The notes: a model not told the origin generated them from the sequence alone. DNA of 20,000 nt from Stramenopiles sp. TOSAG23-2 (GCA_900128395.1 LT649238.1:61310-81309), one strand, 5' to 3'; positions 7,647 to 19,105 are shown, counted from the first letter of the stretch. Program-made: numbers and translations.

Positions 7647-9719
7647 TCAACTCAAATTCAACGCTTCGCACATATTTTTAATCGTCTCACTTCTACGTCG
7701 TTCATTCATTCCCACAATTTCATTCAACTGATAGGAAAAATGGTTTTTACGATAAATACTTTCTTCTAAATTAGCAGTATTAAATGTATGTTTCCAAATT
7801 GCTTTTCGGTGTTTTAATATAGCTTGATCTAAACGTTTTTGTCCATTTTCAATTTTTTTCATTAATGCTTTTACTGGTGTTTTAGGTAGTCGAAGGTCTC
7901 CGTCTTCTTTACTATTATTATATTCTTCTTCTTCCAATAAGAATGTTGACAATTGTTGTTTTAAAATTCCTTTTATATCCAATAAATCTTCCAATTCTGC
8001 CCGATGTGTTACCAAGGCTCGGCCAGATTTCTTAAACAATTTAGTATGATGTTGTATATCTATATGTGCCTTTTCAATTTTTTCTCTTAATTTTTTTGAA
8101 TCAACTCGTGCTGGACCTTCAACTTGTGCTAATAAACTACGTGCATATATAGATTTTTTTATTGGTGTAGATCGAATATGAACATTTATTAAACCTTCTT
8201 CATATTGTCTTTGTAAAATTTCTAGTTCTTGTTCTTCAATTTTAAATTGAAATAATAAACCATTTTTAACAGCATCTTTCAAACGTTTCATAAAATTGCC
8301 ACTACCATTACTATTATTTTCATCATCATCATTATTATTATGATGTTTTACATCTCCTTTTAATTCTCTAAAATATTTTGTAAATGCTTCGATATCCATA
8401 TTAAAAACAATATCTTTATCAAATGTATCAATGACTAATAAAGAAAATGAAAATAAAACATTCCAACCATATTTAAAAAAGCAATCCCATACAATACATA
8501 ATAAATCGATATCATGAATTAAGACATAACTAAAAATTGTTAAATACCATTGGCTAGTAAAAAAAAAACCATCGATGTTTAATTGATTAAAAAATTTTCT
8601 ATATAATGGCATTTTTTTATCTAATAATTTATAAAATTGTACCGTGCGTAATTTTAATGCTTTGATTCCAGGTGACCATATACCTTTTAATTCACGATGT
8701 TTAATCAATCCAATCATAATCCAAAACACTTTTTTTTCTATTTCTATAATTTCATCACAATACTCATCGTTTGTTTCAAAATAATTTTCTATTAAATCTA
8801 ACGATGATGGATTCCATTCGTCTAAATTTCCATTGCCATTATTTAAAGCACATAGTAACAATACAGCTACAACATAATTCATCCCTTGGCAATAACTAAC
8901 ATCAGGTAATAATAATACAATTGCTCTTAAAATTCTTCCTAAACTATGTTTACCAAGATCAGACTGAAAATATGGATGATATGGAAATGTCCTTGGAAGA
9001 TCACGTTTAATTGTACCTTCCCAACCATTTTCGTCTAAAACAAATGGAACATTTCTATCTCCACGTAATATTTCATATGTGGCGGTAGAATTATTGTTGT
9101 TTTCTTCTATCATTTGTTCTTGATGTCGTTGTTCTATTTTTTTTATATCAAGGACATGGCACCAAAATGAAAAACGGCAAGTTGAAGACGAAATTCCATA
9201 TCGATATAAACATTGCATTTTCAATATGCCATCGCCATTATTTTCATCATTTGATATAATGTTATATGCAGATTTACAAGATATGGAAAATATCATTAAA
9301 TTAACATAATCTAAACAATTTGATTTGATTAATAATTTTAATATAGGTGACGTTGGGCCATCATCGATTGATCTCCGTCGTTGTTGATTATTATTATTAT
9401 TATTATTATTTTGAATTGTACGTGTATTATTATTTGTTTGTAAAATTTCTGGTGATGTGTGTACTAATGTTGACTGTGAATTTATAACTGGTGATAATGG
9501 AGCGTTAATTTGTGATGGTGAAACACTTATAGGTGATTGCGAACGAGAAGATGAGCGACTACGTCCTCCCCGCGGTGTGTTTGTTTTACTATTTGAATTA
9601 TTATTATTATATGCAACTGAAAATACAGCATCATAATTTATATTTGTTTTTGGTATAATTGGTTGTATTTTTTGGGGGGTGGTTGCAACAAAAAAAGAAG
9701 ACGATGATTTCAAATACAT
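7647..9719 (-). CDS. TBC-domain Rab GTPase-activating protein with C-terminal coiled coil
   Basis: IKRDLPRTFP (IxxDxxR arginine finger), YCQGMN (glutamine finger), WYLTIFS and VWDCFF..GW. The N-terminus is low-complexity Ser/Asn-rich. Confidence 0.93.
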   Translation of the reverse strand: MYLKSSSSFFVATTPQKIQPIIPKTNINYDAVFSVAYNNNNSNSKTNTPRGGRSRSSSRSQSPISVSPSQINAPLSPVINSQSTLVHTSPEILQTNNNTRTIQNNNNNNNNQQRRRSIDDGPTSPILKLLIKSNCLDYVNLMIFSISCKSAYNIISNDENNGDGILKMQCLYRYGISSSTCRFSFWCHVLDIKKIEQRHQEQMIEENNNNSTATYEILRGDRNVPFVLDENGWEGTIKRDLPRTFPYHPYFQSDLGKHSLGRILRAIVLLLPDVSYCQGMNYVVAVLLLCALNNGNGNLDEWNPSSLDLIENYFETNDEYCDEIIEIEKKVFWIMIGLIKHRELKGIWSPGIKALKLRTVQFYKLLDKKMPLYRKFFNQLNIDGFFFTSQWYLTIFSYVLIHDIDLLCIVWDCFFKYGWNVLFSFSLLVIDTFDKDIVFNMDIEAFTKYFRELKGDVKHHNNNDDDENNSNGSGNFMKRLKDAVKNGLLFQFKIEEQELEILQRQYEEGLINVHIRSTPIKKSIYARSLLAQVEGPARVDSKKLREKIEKAHIDIQHHTKLFKKSGRALVTHRAELEDLLDIKGILKQQLSTFLLEEEEYNNSKEDGDLRLPKTPVKALMKKIENGQKRLDQAILKHRKAIWKHTFNTANLEESIYRKNHFSYQLNEIVGMNERRRSETIKNMCEALNLS

Positions 9720-10540
9720 GGTTGCCTATAGGTGTTAAATGTAACTGTACGTTTTAATAGCTATGTATATTTACTATATCCATTTACGTTTATTGTATAA
9801 GAATCTGATGATTTTTTTTGATTTTTTTTTAGATGTGATATTTAAACACCACTCTCACCCCTCTGTGAAAAGTCTAGGACCTAGATGATTACCTCTGTGG
9901 TGTGTGAATTTATATATATGTATATATAACAACAACAACTGGTGATATTTGCGTAGAGCGTTATGATACTGATGTACTCTGTTTATGTTCCTCCATAACG
10001 CCAACATCCATTATGAATAGTGTTATTTTTTTCATATTTTGACACTTTTTTCCACTATTTTAAATAGTAGGATCTTACAATTGCAAGTCTACAGAGGAGC
10101 ATTTTTTGTAAAAAATTCTACATTTTTGCACCTTTTTATGGATATTTTTATGTTGATAAATATGTATATCGATATTGATATTTCAGGAATAGAGTAGTTT
10201 AGCACCTTTGTGTAAAATATTATATAGAGTTATACGAAGCTTCGTACTCGTATGATATATATATATATATGTATATCATCGATGGTGAAAGTAGATTGAT
10301 GTGTATATATATATTTATATAAAGTGATATGTGTATATTTGTAAATAATATTTGAAATATATTTCTATTCTAAAATGGAATGGGGGTGTTTAGATTAAAA
10401 ACTTCCTCGATGTTTGCTGAGACAGCTGCTATTGAGCCGGCAATAGTTAAGCTTTTGTGATGACTTAAATGGTCTGCAAACTAATACGACGTACTCCACA
10501 AGCGGTATATATATATATATACATGTCTCTTTTCTAAAAT

Positions 10541-13500
10541 TTATTGCATGGTTGCAATGGCAACACCATCAACAGCTTTGCTAACCAAACCAGCAGTAGT
10601 TTCTTTCCCCACTTCAGTAGGTGCAGGGTATGTAGCTTCACGTATGCTTGTGACATTTGCATGTTCCAAAGTATTGCCGCCAGTGAAGTGAGCCATGCAA
10701 TTGAACTCCCAATATGTTTTTTTATTCGCACCTGTACCAACAACACTACGTTTTAAATTTGCAAATGCCATGCCTTTGCGTTCAAATTCTTGTGTATTGA
10801 CGTCATTGCCATCGGCCCTAGGTGCATACTTGAAACGACAAACTTGCTTTGGTGCTTCGGTGCCAACTTGTTCTGAACCAACCATAAATACATTCTCAAG
10901 CATATTGAACGTATATTCTTTTGAATAAATAAACATGCAGAAAACAATGGAATCAACATTTCCATTTTCCAACTCTTTCAAATTCACAATAACGCTTTCA
11001 TCAATGCGTTCTGCATTTGAGTCAGAATCTTGGCCTTTGCGAATATCTTTCGATTTCTGCACTGCGGTTGGGCTTAATGTTGATGTTATTGGCTTCATGG
11101 AACATCCATCCCAATTGAATGTTTGTCCACCAGATTTTTCTTTCACTTTTAATCCCTTGCCACCATCTCTCCAAAATCCAACCCAATCTACGATTTCATG
11201 TCTTTCCTCGCCATTGAAAACAATTGCTGATATATCAATATCAACTGCTTTATTCCCTGCTAGACGAGCACCAGGTAATTCCTTCCACCCTATGCCAAAT
11301 TCAATTTTACCTTCCGTTGACATTTTTTGACTGAAAAAGAATCTATCACCAACTTTCATTTTATTTGGATTCATTGTCTCTAATTTCATCAAATCTTGCA
11401 TACTTTTTTCCATATTATATGGGCCTGGCCTGTTGATCGTTTTATCCTCCAAATAGCAAATGATAATAGTATCAATTGTCATTTCATAAATTTGCATGCA
11501 GCCACTTGCAATAAAATATGCTAACAAACATGCAACGCATAATGGAACTAAAATTCCAGATGGATGGCCTTGATGATTTTGTAACCATAGGTACGAAATC
11601 GATCCAGTCAAAGCAACAATGGCTAATTTTCCAACAAACATGATGAAATCGGAAATTTGATCGATTACCCAGATTTCCTTGATATTGTTAATTACCAATC
11701 CATAAACTCCTTTACATGCAGAAAAGAAAGAATTGTCTGGATACATTGCAGCATAAATATATGCATTACGGGAGACGAATTTAACAAATTTATTAAACCA
11801 TAACATTAAACATTGCAAACAATTCAAGCACATTTTCGCCATGCAATTTTCTTGAACTCTGTTTAATTGTTTAACAGCATCGGCAACCCAGCCAGCTAAG
11901 ACGGTCAATATTTTACACAAAACGGTAATGAAGGCACCAAGAAACAAAGAACCTAAATGGAACTTGCAAGCGCTTCTCATAGCATCTGCTACCGGTGATT
12001 CTTTTGCATTACCCACATTCACTTTGCAACATCCTAAATTAACCATATCGCTTGCCTTTACTGCCACGGTTTTATTCCTTTCCTTTGCATGGAATCTTCC
12101 TTCTTTGAAATACCATTTCGTTACCGCAGATGCAATCACATAATATCCAAGTCCAATAATAGCAGCATAGACCCAAAACATGCAGACTGTATGATAAATT
12201 AACATGTAGTTCATTACACTATTTTCATCAAATGTTGCTTGTGATGTTGAATTTAAAAATTCATTTTGAAACGATAGTGTAAATTTATGTTTACCAAGCT
12301 TTTGTGCTCCCGCATTTGCTGATGCAAATGCATCTTTTGTTGTGGCTTTCAATCCATTTTCAGTAGGCTCCACGATACTACCAGCGGATAAAATTTCCAA
12401 CGAAACGAAGATCCAATGCAACATTAAAAGTACAATCGCAAGGAAATTAAATATTGGGTATGACATAAGAAATGGCAAATCTCTTAATGCTCTAGATGCC
12501 TCTTTCATTATGGCAATAGCTACATTGATGTGGGATCGTATTGAAATGGTAATGATCAATGATAAGCAAAAGAAAATGCATGTGATCCATGCAATCATTT
12601 CGTATAATTTAGCATTTTCAGCATCCTCTGTTGCCACAGCAGGCAAACTGGTTGGCATCATATCCTCTGATATATATGTTTTTTTTGCTAATTTTTTTTT
12701 CACCTCTAAAAATTGTGCTTGTGTACCTAATAAACCAGCTTTACCAAAGAAAAAGAGCATTAAAACAAATTGCAATACCGACTAAAGAAGCTGTTTGCCA
12801 TCCAGCAAATACAACGGTTTTCGTTCGTTTCTCCTTGCATTGAGCTGCCGTTAAAGTGTCGTTGACATCAAAGTTTGCCCCATTTTTTGTTACAGAAGTA
12901 CTTTGATAATCTGTAATTTTCCAAGGTTGTCCTTGTTCATTTAAAGGTTCATAACAATACACTTCAATTTGCACATCTCTTGCTGCTATACAATGCCATG
13001 AAATATCTGTCGCATTTAATGCTTGTTTATGACAATGATGATACACAAATTCAGCATCTGTAAGTTGTTGCCCTACACTGAATATTCCAGTTTGATTGAC
13101 ATAAGATGTATGTGCTTTTGTCCATATATCTTTTTGACAAGTTTTTTGATTTTTAGTAGACCCATATCCAGCTTGACATAACCTTGCAGCAGCCATACCA
13201 GCTTCATATGAACAAACAACTTCCCCGGCTATTGGACATTCGTCAACACATACACCGAAAAAATCTGGAATTGGGTTAGTCAAACTTGGAAATTTAACTT
13301 GATTCAAAATCATATCAATATTCGTACGTGGATAGGCAATTCTTGGTCGTTTCTGGAAAAATGCATTCCAGGTTTTTGATTCCCACATGCTATTTCCAGA
13401 GTTCGGGTTTGTTTCAGGCAATCCATATTTTTTAAACCCATTGGTAACACCTGCAGTAACTGCATCACTACCGCAAGTATTACCAGTATAATCAATACCG

Positions 13501-13715
13501 TGAACCAAACGTCCTGGATCTCCTTGAGCAGCTGCAGCACCCCATATGATTAACCAACCAATTAAAACCAAACCGAACAGTACAAGACAAAGTACATCTT
13601 GACATTTTGTATCTGTTAGTCCGGCGCGTTTCACGTTTGCACGTGTTGTTTTGTCCTCTGCTGTGCTATCAATCACTTCACTATCGTTTAACGTGGTAGC
13701 AGTAAGTGGATTCAT
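10541..13715 (-). CDS. Choline transporter-like (CTL/SLC44) protein with C-terminal TerD domain; frame break at ~12741-12815
   Basis: Upstream ORF 12741-13715 has the CTL N-terminus (KCQD, TM1, GDPGRLVHGIDYTGNTCG, CVDECP). Downstream ORF 10541-12775 has the CTL core (AIAIMKEASRAL, FHLGSLFLGAFI, CLQCL, KFVSRNAYI, DTIIICYLED) followed by TerD motifs (FGIGW, DIDISA, DIRKG, DESVIVNL, SIVF, WEF). The two ORFs overlap and need a net +1 shift. Confidence 0.85.
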
Positions 13716-14098
13716 ATTTTAATACGTATTATAAATATATCTATAGTATTTCTTTGCAATCGATATTTTAATTAAATGATATTCTTAAACTTCACTCGTG
13801 TCGAATTATTTATCTTCTTCTTTATTCAAATATTCTTTTACAATATCATTTCTATGATTCAAATTTATCAATAATATTATATATTTTGCCTATTGTTGTT
13901 TGCCTACTATCTATTATATTAATAGTGTGCTATACCAGGTATATAGGTTTGCTGCTTTGTTGTGTAAAAATAATAATAATATGATGTTGTAAATATCAGG
14001 TATATCCTGTAATAACCACACATTATACAAGTATTTTTATTATTTTATATAGCTTAAATTACAATACCCTTCGAATATCTTTTTTTTTGGTAACTTTA

Positions 14099-14640
14099 TT
14101 ATATAACCTTAAACTGGAAACAAAAGAAATAAGAATAATATATAGTACCAGATGACACTAAGGAGTATTCTAAACGTATACATTCCCCATCGTCTATATC
14201 CGGCTTTTGATCAAGCTTAGCAAACACAATATCTGAGCCTTTCACTACTTTAAAGTCACCCTTAAGCGGTATCCAATCTTTATATTCATCAACATCTACA
14301 TTACTTATACCATATGCCATGGTAAAATCTGAACCTTTGCCACAAAACATGTCGTCTAAAACAAACGTACGATTGTATACGAACGTTTCAAACCATTAAT
14401 CGGACTTTTCCCATCAGACACATCGTTATTGCCATTGTTGTTATAATCAGTTTCTATTTGATCTACAATAGGAGTTAATTGCAATTGATTGCCATGACGT
14501 TTATCGTTAATATTATTACGACGACGATGAAGAGTACGAAAGGATGATGACAAAGCATTTATATTATATGTTAAAAATAAATTTATTATTATTAATAACA
14601 ATAATAATATTGTTATTTGTTTGTCTATCAATTGTTTCAT
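14099..14640 (-). CDS. Hypothetical secreted/signal-anchored protein (~180 aa) split over two frames
   Basis: ATG 14640 gives MKQLIDKQITILLLLLIIINLFLTYNINA (signal-like). The downstream frame is open from 14395 (WFETFVYNRTFVLDDMFCGK...) to 14099 and overlaps the upstream frame, which stops at 14356. No family recognised. Confidence 0.55.
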
Positions 14641-15313
14641 CTTGTATTTTTTAAATTCTACAATCGTGTATATATAGTATATATACACGCACACACACGA
14701 TGTTTGTTACTGCTTTCTATTATAATTGTTATCAATATGTACTTCTTTGTATCATTTAGGTATATACTCTTCGCATTACATTCATGTTTGTTAATATTAT
14801 ATAGAGATATAAATATATGTGCACTAAATTTATATATTTTATTTTCCCCATTTTTTATAATTTTTTGATGAGATTTTTGAAAGGAATGAAGACCATTGTA
14901 TTCTAATAAGTATAAAATATATTATATACATCTGGTTATGCCAAGCAAGTATAATCCTCATAGAAGTGGCCTGCTGGGCCTGGCTGCCGCCTGGCTTTCC
15001 AGCTTTCGGCTTTTTCAGCTGTATCTGACATACCAAGTACGTCATTAGACTACTGTATTTACATTGGCAGCACGTGCACACGTGGTTTTTTAGGTTGCAG
15101 GTTAAGGTATTATAAATATTTTATTACAGATGTATTTGTTTTTTTTTTTTGAAATTTTTTTTTTATTTTTTTATTCCATTATTACTGCCAGTGCCTTTAA
15201 TTTTTATATTGAATGAATGAATATATGTCACATAGAGAAGATTCAAGAAGAGAAGTTGATTATGTAATTACAACAACAACAACAACAAGAAATAAATTAA
15301 CAATATATGAATA

Positions 15314-18300
15314 ATGAGCAACGATAAGAACTCGCAGTGGTTGATGCGAATGTTAGTCGCAGCTACCGTAAATAATAGTGTAAGAAATCGTCAAACATTC
15401 TCCTTGTATGATGTATATTTTTATTTAAAAAGGTTCATTTTAGACACGTTAGCGTTTTTCCCAAACTTAGTGTTAAGACTTGTTGGAAATGAATGGCCAC
15501 CAAATGCTACATTTTTTCGGAAAAATGGAATATATTTCATCCTTGTTCTGTTATCACCATTACTTGCAGAAACTGTCTATAAAGTTGCGACGAAGAAAAA
15601 AAGAGGACAGACATCATATATAGAAAAAGAAACACAAAAGCGTATGCGCACTCTAAAAGAAATTATTAATGATGAAACTTTACTATTCGAGGAAGAAGAA
15701 GAGGAAGCAAAGGCAAAAGCAGAAAAAATAGCTGCAAAAAAGGATAGTACACTCAAAAAACCCACAATCGATGGAGAATCTAATAGCAATCTGAATGATG
15801 AAGAATTCACAGATGGTGATGACGACGACGACGATGATGATGATGATAACATTTCAGATATATTAGAAGATAAACATACAAAAATTGATAATATGATGTG
15901 TGCAATTGATGATATTGTAGAAATCGACGATGAAGTCCAGGTGCTTCACGAAGCATATTGTTTGTCGGCAAGAATGATGGGACGAGAATTAAAAGAAGCG
16001 CTTGAAAAGACTGTTGCTCAAAATGATGAAGAATTTTCAGATGGAGAAAAATTGAAGGAATTAGTTGAAACAACAGAGTGGATACAAACAAAATTGGTAG
16101 GGACACCATGGACTTTAGAGGAATTTTATCGTAATCCAACTAAATATTTTTTCGGTGAAAAATATATGGCATATACTACAAGCTATGACCAAGTTGTTGC
16201 AATGGAAACTTCATACAATTTATATTTAAAAGATACTCATAAAGCTGCGGATTTATATTTACGGGAAAATGAAAAGACATGGATGAGAAAATCCGTCGAT
16301 ATCCTCTTCCGCTTTCCAAAGGAAATACCATTAGTAGGGCTCGGTTACTTGTTTTCCATATTGACTGGTACAATGTCCTCAGTAAGCACTTTGTATGAAA
16401 GTGAATTAATAAACACCATTATGGTACGTGCAACCAAGAAAAAGGAGTTCATAAACATGGAACGTAACCTTTTTGACATTGTAATCTCTATGCTAGTTGC
16501 GCATTTAGTAGAGACACTTTTGGAAATATACCAGGAAAAATTGAACAATATGAGTCAAACTAGAATGGGAACAAAATTACAACAAGATGTCTTTCATCAC
16601 ATTTTGCAGCAAGATGTTGAATATTACGATTTACATGATAGTTACGATGCAATGCACTATGTTTCAAGTGCAAAAACTTGCTTATTTTGGCTGCTTGATA
16701 CTCCAAATAATTTTTTAAATAAAATGTCACAAATTATCACATCAGCGATCATTTTATTAAGAACGTCCAAATCGCTGTTTCTGATTTTAATGGGTAGTCG
16801 ACTTGTACAAATGGCTGCACGTGGTATCGTCAGTCAATACACCTACCGTATACGTAAAAAAATGAGAAAGGGAAATTTAACAAAATCATTTAATTATTAT
16901 GAATTGTTAAACCCAAAAAATTTTAGAACGGTGCGATCTCACCATCGGGAACCGATTGAACATGCAGAGTTTGTTGAGCAAACGGATATGAATATTGAAA
17001 ACAATCAAAAATTAAGAGTTATCTCCCAAGTCACATCGCCAGTATTTTCAATTTTAGATCGTGCACCAGAGATTTTTGCTTTGTACTATGGTGGCACCTT
17101 AGTAATGTCAGGTGAGTTACGACCTAGTGATTTAGTCCAACTTGTAACTATGGGAATAAATTGCGTCCATGATATTACCAGTCTTGTCGATGGTTTTGGT
17201 GATGAAATGTACACTTCATTGGAAGATGTTGCAAAGGTAGCTGATTTATTAAATCGAAAGCCAAAAATTGGTTTGTATGAAGGTGTGAAGCCAAATAAAT
17301 TCGCTGGGCATATTAAGTTTGACAATGTGCAATTTACATATCCTTCAAGAAAAGGCACAAAAGTGTTGAAAAATTTATCATTTGAAGCGGAACCAGGGCA
17401 CTTAACAGCACTTGTGGGGCCTAGTGGAGCTGGGAAATCGACTGTTATGGGATTGCTAGAACGTTTTTACGACCCAAATAAAGGTTCTATTAAGCTGGAT
17501 GGGATTGATATTAAAGATATAAATCCATTATGGTTGCGACAGCAAATGGCAATTGTGCCACAAGAACCAATATTATTTAATCGTTCTATACGAGAAAATA
17601 TGGTGTATGGATGTAAAGATGAACCACCAATGGAAGAAATAGAGGAAGCAGCTAAAGCTGCAAATATATATGACTTTATTACGACGAAATGTGCTGAAAA
17701 GTGGAGAACGGAAGTTGGAAAGGGTGGGGTAAAGTTAAGTGGTGGGCAAAAGCAACGTTTGGCTATTGCAAGGGCTATATTGAAGAAACCAAAGTTATTG
17801 TTACTGGATGAAGCAACTTCAGCATTGGATCAAGAGTCGGAAGGGCTTGTACAAGAAGCATTGGATAGATTAATGGAAGGGCGTACGACCATCGCAATCG
17901 CACATCGTCTTTCCACAATTAGAAATGCATCAAAAATTATTTGTATTAAAGATGGTGCGGCTATTGAGGAGGGAACACACGATGAGTTGATGAAAGAAAA
18001 TGGTTTATATTGTAAATATTGGTCGGAACAGATTGGACGATCACCAATGCATGAAGATTCTAAGAAATCAAATAATGAAGAAGGCGAGGAAGAAGCGAAT
18101 GACGATAACCTTGACGATGATAATCCAGAAGATTATACTAAAAATCAAGTATTTGGAGATTTTAGAGATGAGATTGATGAGCTAGATATTGAAATAGGCA
18201 AAGTAGAGGAAGAGGAGACGGAGACAAAACGTCCGGGAGGAGATAAAACTCCTCCTCGCACTCCAAAATCTATCAATACACATTTTCGAGAAAAATTCAT

Positions 18301-18685
18301 ACGATTACAAAATAAGTATGAAATGTACATACATGGCGCGAAACAAGGGAACGTAAATGCTTTAGACGAAATTGATCGAGTATTTAGGGATTTAAATTTC
18401 CTCTTTACTCGAGTCGCTAATGATATAGATCGCGAGGAAGCTTTTGGTACTTTTAATGTTGAAAAAACAAAATCACTGACAATGTCTGAACCACGTGCTC
18501 GCCATAATCGTGATATCGAAAATATGGTACCACCACCTGCAATACAACTACGAAGAACAAAAAGTTATAATAATGACAAAAGTGTTAGCATTAGCTTTCA
18601 TCCTTCAAATATTAATAGAAGTAAAACTCCAGGTAATCGACAAAGAGGGAAACATCCACCTGCTTTCTTTAATGATTTAGCATAG
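15314..18685 (+). CDS. Half-size ABC transporter, subfamily B (TAP/ABCB9/ABCB10-like), with long acidic N- and C-terminal extensions
   Basis: One TMD (ILQQDVEYYD, TVRS...E) plus one NBD: FTYPSR, Walker A GPSGAGKST, Q-loop VPQEP, signature LSGGQKQR, Walker B LLLLDEATSALD, H-loop AHRLS. Confidence 0.93.
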   Translation: MSNDKNSQWLMRMLVAATVNNSVRNRQTFSLYDVYFYLKRFILDTLAFFPNLVLRLVGNEWPPNATFFRKNGIYFILVLLSPLLAETVYKVATKKKRGQTSYIEKETQKRMRTLKEIINDETLLFEEEEEEAKAKAEKIAAKKDSTLKKPTIDGESNSNLNDEEFTDGDDDDDDDDDDNISDILEDKHTKIDNMMCAIDDIVEIDDEVQVLHEAYCLSARMMGRELKEALEKTVAQNDEEFSDGEKLKELVETTEWIQTKLVGTPWTLEEFYRNPTKYFFGEKYMAYTTSYDQVVAMETSYNLYLKDTHKAADLYLRENEKTWMRKSVDILFRFPKEIPLVGLGYLFSILTGTMSSVSTLYESELINTIMVRATKKKEFINMERNLFDIVISMLVAHLVETLLEIYQEKLNNMSQTRMGTKLQQDVFHHILQQDVEYYDLHDSYDAMHYVSSAKTCLFWLLDTPNNFLNKMSQIITSAIILLRTSKSLFLILMGSRLVQMAARGIVSQYTYRIRKKMRKGNLTKSFNYYELLNPKNFRTVRSHHREPIEHAEFVEQTDMNIENNQKLRVISQVTSPVFSILDRAPEIFALYYGGTLVMSGELRPSDLVQLVTMGINCVHDITSLVDGFGDEMYTSLEDVAKVADLLNRKPKIGLYEGVKPNKFAGHIKFDNVQFTYPSRKGTKVLKNLSFEAEPGHLTALVGPSGAGKSTVMGLLERFYDPNKGSIKLDGIDIKDINPLWLRQQMAIVPQEPILFNRSIRENMVYGCKDEPPMEEIEEAAKAANIYDFITTKCAEKWRTEVGKGGVKLSGGQKQRLAIARAILKKPKLLLLDEATSALDQESEGLVQEALDRLMEGRTTIAIAHRLSTIRNASKIICIKDGAAIEEGTHDELMKENGLYCKYWSEQIGRSPMHEDSKKSNNEEGEEEANDDNLDDDNPEDYTKNQVFGDFRDEIDELDIEIGKVEEEETETKRPGGDKTPPRTPKSINTHFREKFIRLQNKYEMYIHGAKQGNVNALDEIDRVFRDLNFLFTRVANDIDREEAFGTFNVEKTKSLTMSEPRARHNRDIENMVPPPAIQLRRTKSYNNDKSVSISFHPSNINRSKTPGNRQRGKHPPAFFNDLA

Positions 18686-19105
18686 ACCAAGAAAAGTTGT
18701 CTGTCGAAGTGTCAGCAATAGTAATTGTATATATTAATATATAAATATATATATTTTTGTATGATATGTCTTATATATAATGTATGCATAATATATCATA
18801 TTATGGGCATTCGTACGAAGTACGTAGGGAATTGTAGTGAAGAGTGTGTGTGTGATGTGTGAGTGTGAAATTTTTTTATTCTTATATTAATATACGTATA
18901 TATATATATTATATAAAATGTACGAGTATCATATATTAATATTTTATAAAAGATAAAAATATACGACACAGTAAAACATATTACGTAATAAAATATAATA
19001 GATTTTAAACCCTTCATATTACATATGATATATGATATGCGTTCGGTATAATGATATTTATCATATCATCATCATACGTGAGTGTATATATACATATTTC
19101 AAACA

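Noticed and set aside
9250..9345. F-box-like segment (LLIKSNCLDYVNLMIFSISCKSAYNII) upstream of the TBC domain
   Set aside because: Resemblance is too weak to call by eye; needs a profile search.
10400..10505. Possible snoRNA/SECIS-like element (CTATTG/CAATAG hairpin, GTGATGA box C-like)
   Set aside because: No downstream CTGA box D, a short stem, and no selenoprotein-like in-frame TGA in the neighbouring genes.
10534..12843. Short overlapping ORFs within the CTL-TerD gene (and likewise within the ABM, DGAT2, NHase, ABC and IPK genes)
   Set aside because: Antisense or alternate-frame shadows of well-supported CDSs with no recognisable motifs.
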